This document shows positions 31,598-32,000 of a DNA stretch of 32,000 bases, in pieces (the stretch's first letter is position 1; every line of letters starts with the position of its first letter). The stretch covers positions 780,001 through 812,000 of the forward strand of contig NZ_JBHSTI010000008.1 in NCBI RefSeq assembly GCF_042660085.1, written 5' to 3'. The position numbers were made by a program, and so were the translations under genes. This DNA is from Longivirga aurantiaca (GTDB lineage Bacteria; Actinomycetota; Actinomycetes; S36-B12; CAIYMF01). The notes beneath the pieces were generated by a model. The model saw nothing but the letters and a program-made list of their open reading frames with translations, did no database searches and had not been told where the DNA came from.

Positions 31598-31631
31598 ACC
31601 CCTCGCCGCCCGTTCGGGCCGGGGGGTTTTT
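31598..31631 (+). terminator. Intrinsic terminator in the ilvB leader (attenuator)
   Basis: ACCCCTCG-CC-GCCC-GTTC-GGGC-CGGGGGGT followed by TTTT: 12-bp stem with a 2-nt bulge and a 5-nt T-run (31627-31631), between the leader peptide and the ilvB start. Confidence 0.82.
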
Positions 31632-31686
31632 CGTTGCCCGACCCGCCTGACACCACCCGAGAACCACGCACCCCAGCGAGGAAGCC

Positions 31687-32000
31687 ATGACAGACCGGAT
31701 CACCGGAGCCCAGAGCCTCGTGCGCTCGCTGGAGCGCGCTGGGGTCGACGTCGTCTTCGGTATCCCGGGCGGAGCCATCCTCCCGGCGTACGACCCGCTC
31801 ATGGACTCGCAGCAGGTACGCCACATCCTCACCCGCCACGAGCAGGGCGCCGGCCATGCGGCCGAGGGCTACGCGCAGGCGACCGGACGCGTCGGTGTCT
31901 GCATGGCGACCTCCGGCCCGGGCGCGACCAACCTCGTGACGCCGATCGCCGACGCCTACATGGACTCCGTGCCGATGGTCGCGATCACCGGTCAGGTGCC
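31687..32000 (+). CDS. ilvB: Acetolactate synthase large subunit, partial (runs off window)
   Basis: [41 protein letters not shown]...[57 protein letters not shown]; GCGAGGAAG RBS. Confidence 0.95.
   Translation, partial: MTDRITGAQSLVRSLERAGVDVVFGIPGGAILPAYDPLMDSQQVRHILTRHEQGAGHAAEGYAQATGRVGVCMATSGPGATNLVTPIADAYMDSVPMVAITGQV

Noticed and set aside
31477-31686. T-box or other riboswitch upstream of ilvB
   Set aside because: No T-box-like conserved box found; the region is fully explained by promoter, leader peptide and terminator, and the predicted transcript is too short for a T-box.

Overview
High-GC actinobacterial chromosomal window with ordinary housekeeping content. I see no CRISPR array, rRNA, tRNA or mobile element. 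Gene order left to right: CPBP protease (-, partial), saccharopine dehydrogenase/enoyl reductase-like (+), ZIP transporter (-), YCII-like protein (-), then a minus-strand methyltransferase / GH57 branching enzyme / GT4 glycosyltransferase cluster. Next is a minus-strand secreted cassette (DUF1800 / DUF1501 / fibronectin-III protein). The plus strand then carries etfB-etfA, cysteine desulfurase, mnmA, a short MetE-like protein, ligA, a membrane GGDEF-EAL protein, gatC-gatA-gatB, a phosphotransferase, a 2-hydroxyacid dehydrogenase, a SHOCT-like protein, ilvD, a second membrane GGDEF-EAL protein and ilvB (partial). The order resembles the Mycobacterium tuberculosis Rv3032-Rv3003c region. The most interesting signals are intergenic: (1) an apparently leaderless 14-aa peptide MFTSNVVVIRGRAA with its own promoter and an intrinsic terminator just before ilvB, which is a branched-chain amino acid attenuator candidate; (2) TCAA-N15/16-GCCGA elements resembling FliA/WhiG-family sigma promoters upstream of both GGDEF-EAL genes; (3) a tightly packed Tat/Sec-exported DUF1800-DUF1501-FN3 cassette inserted between the polysaccharide cluster and etfBA; (4) a GTTAC-N6-GTAAC operator-like palindrome over a -10 upstream of etfBA; and (5) recurrent TANNNT-6 to 8 nt-start codon arrangements implying leaderless transcripts. 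All functional statements are from reading the sequence and recall of protein families; no searches or folding software were run.
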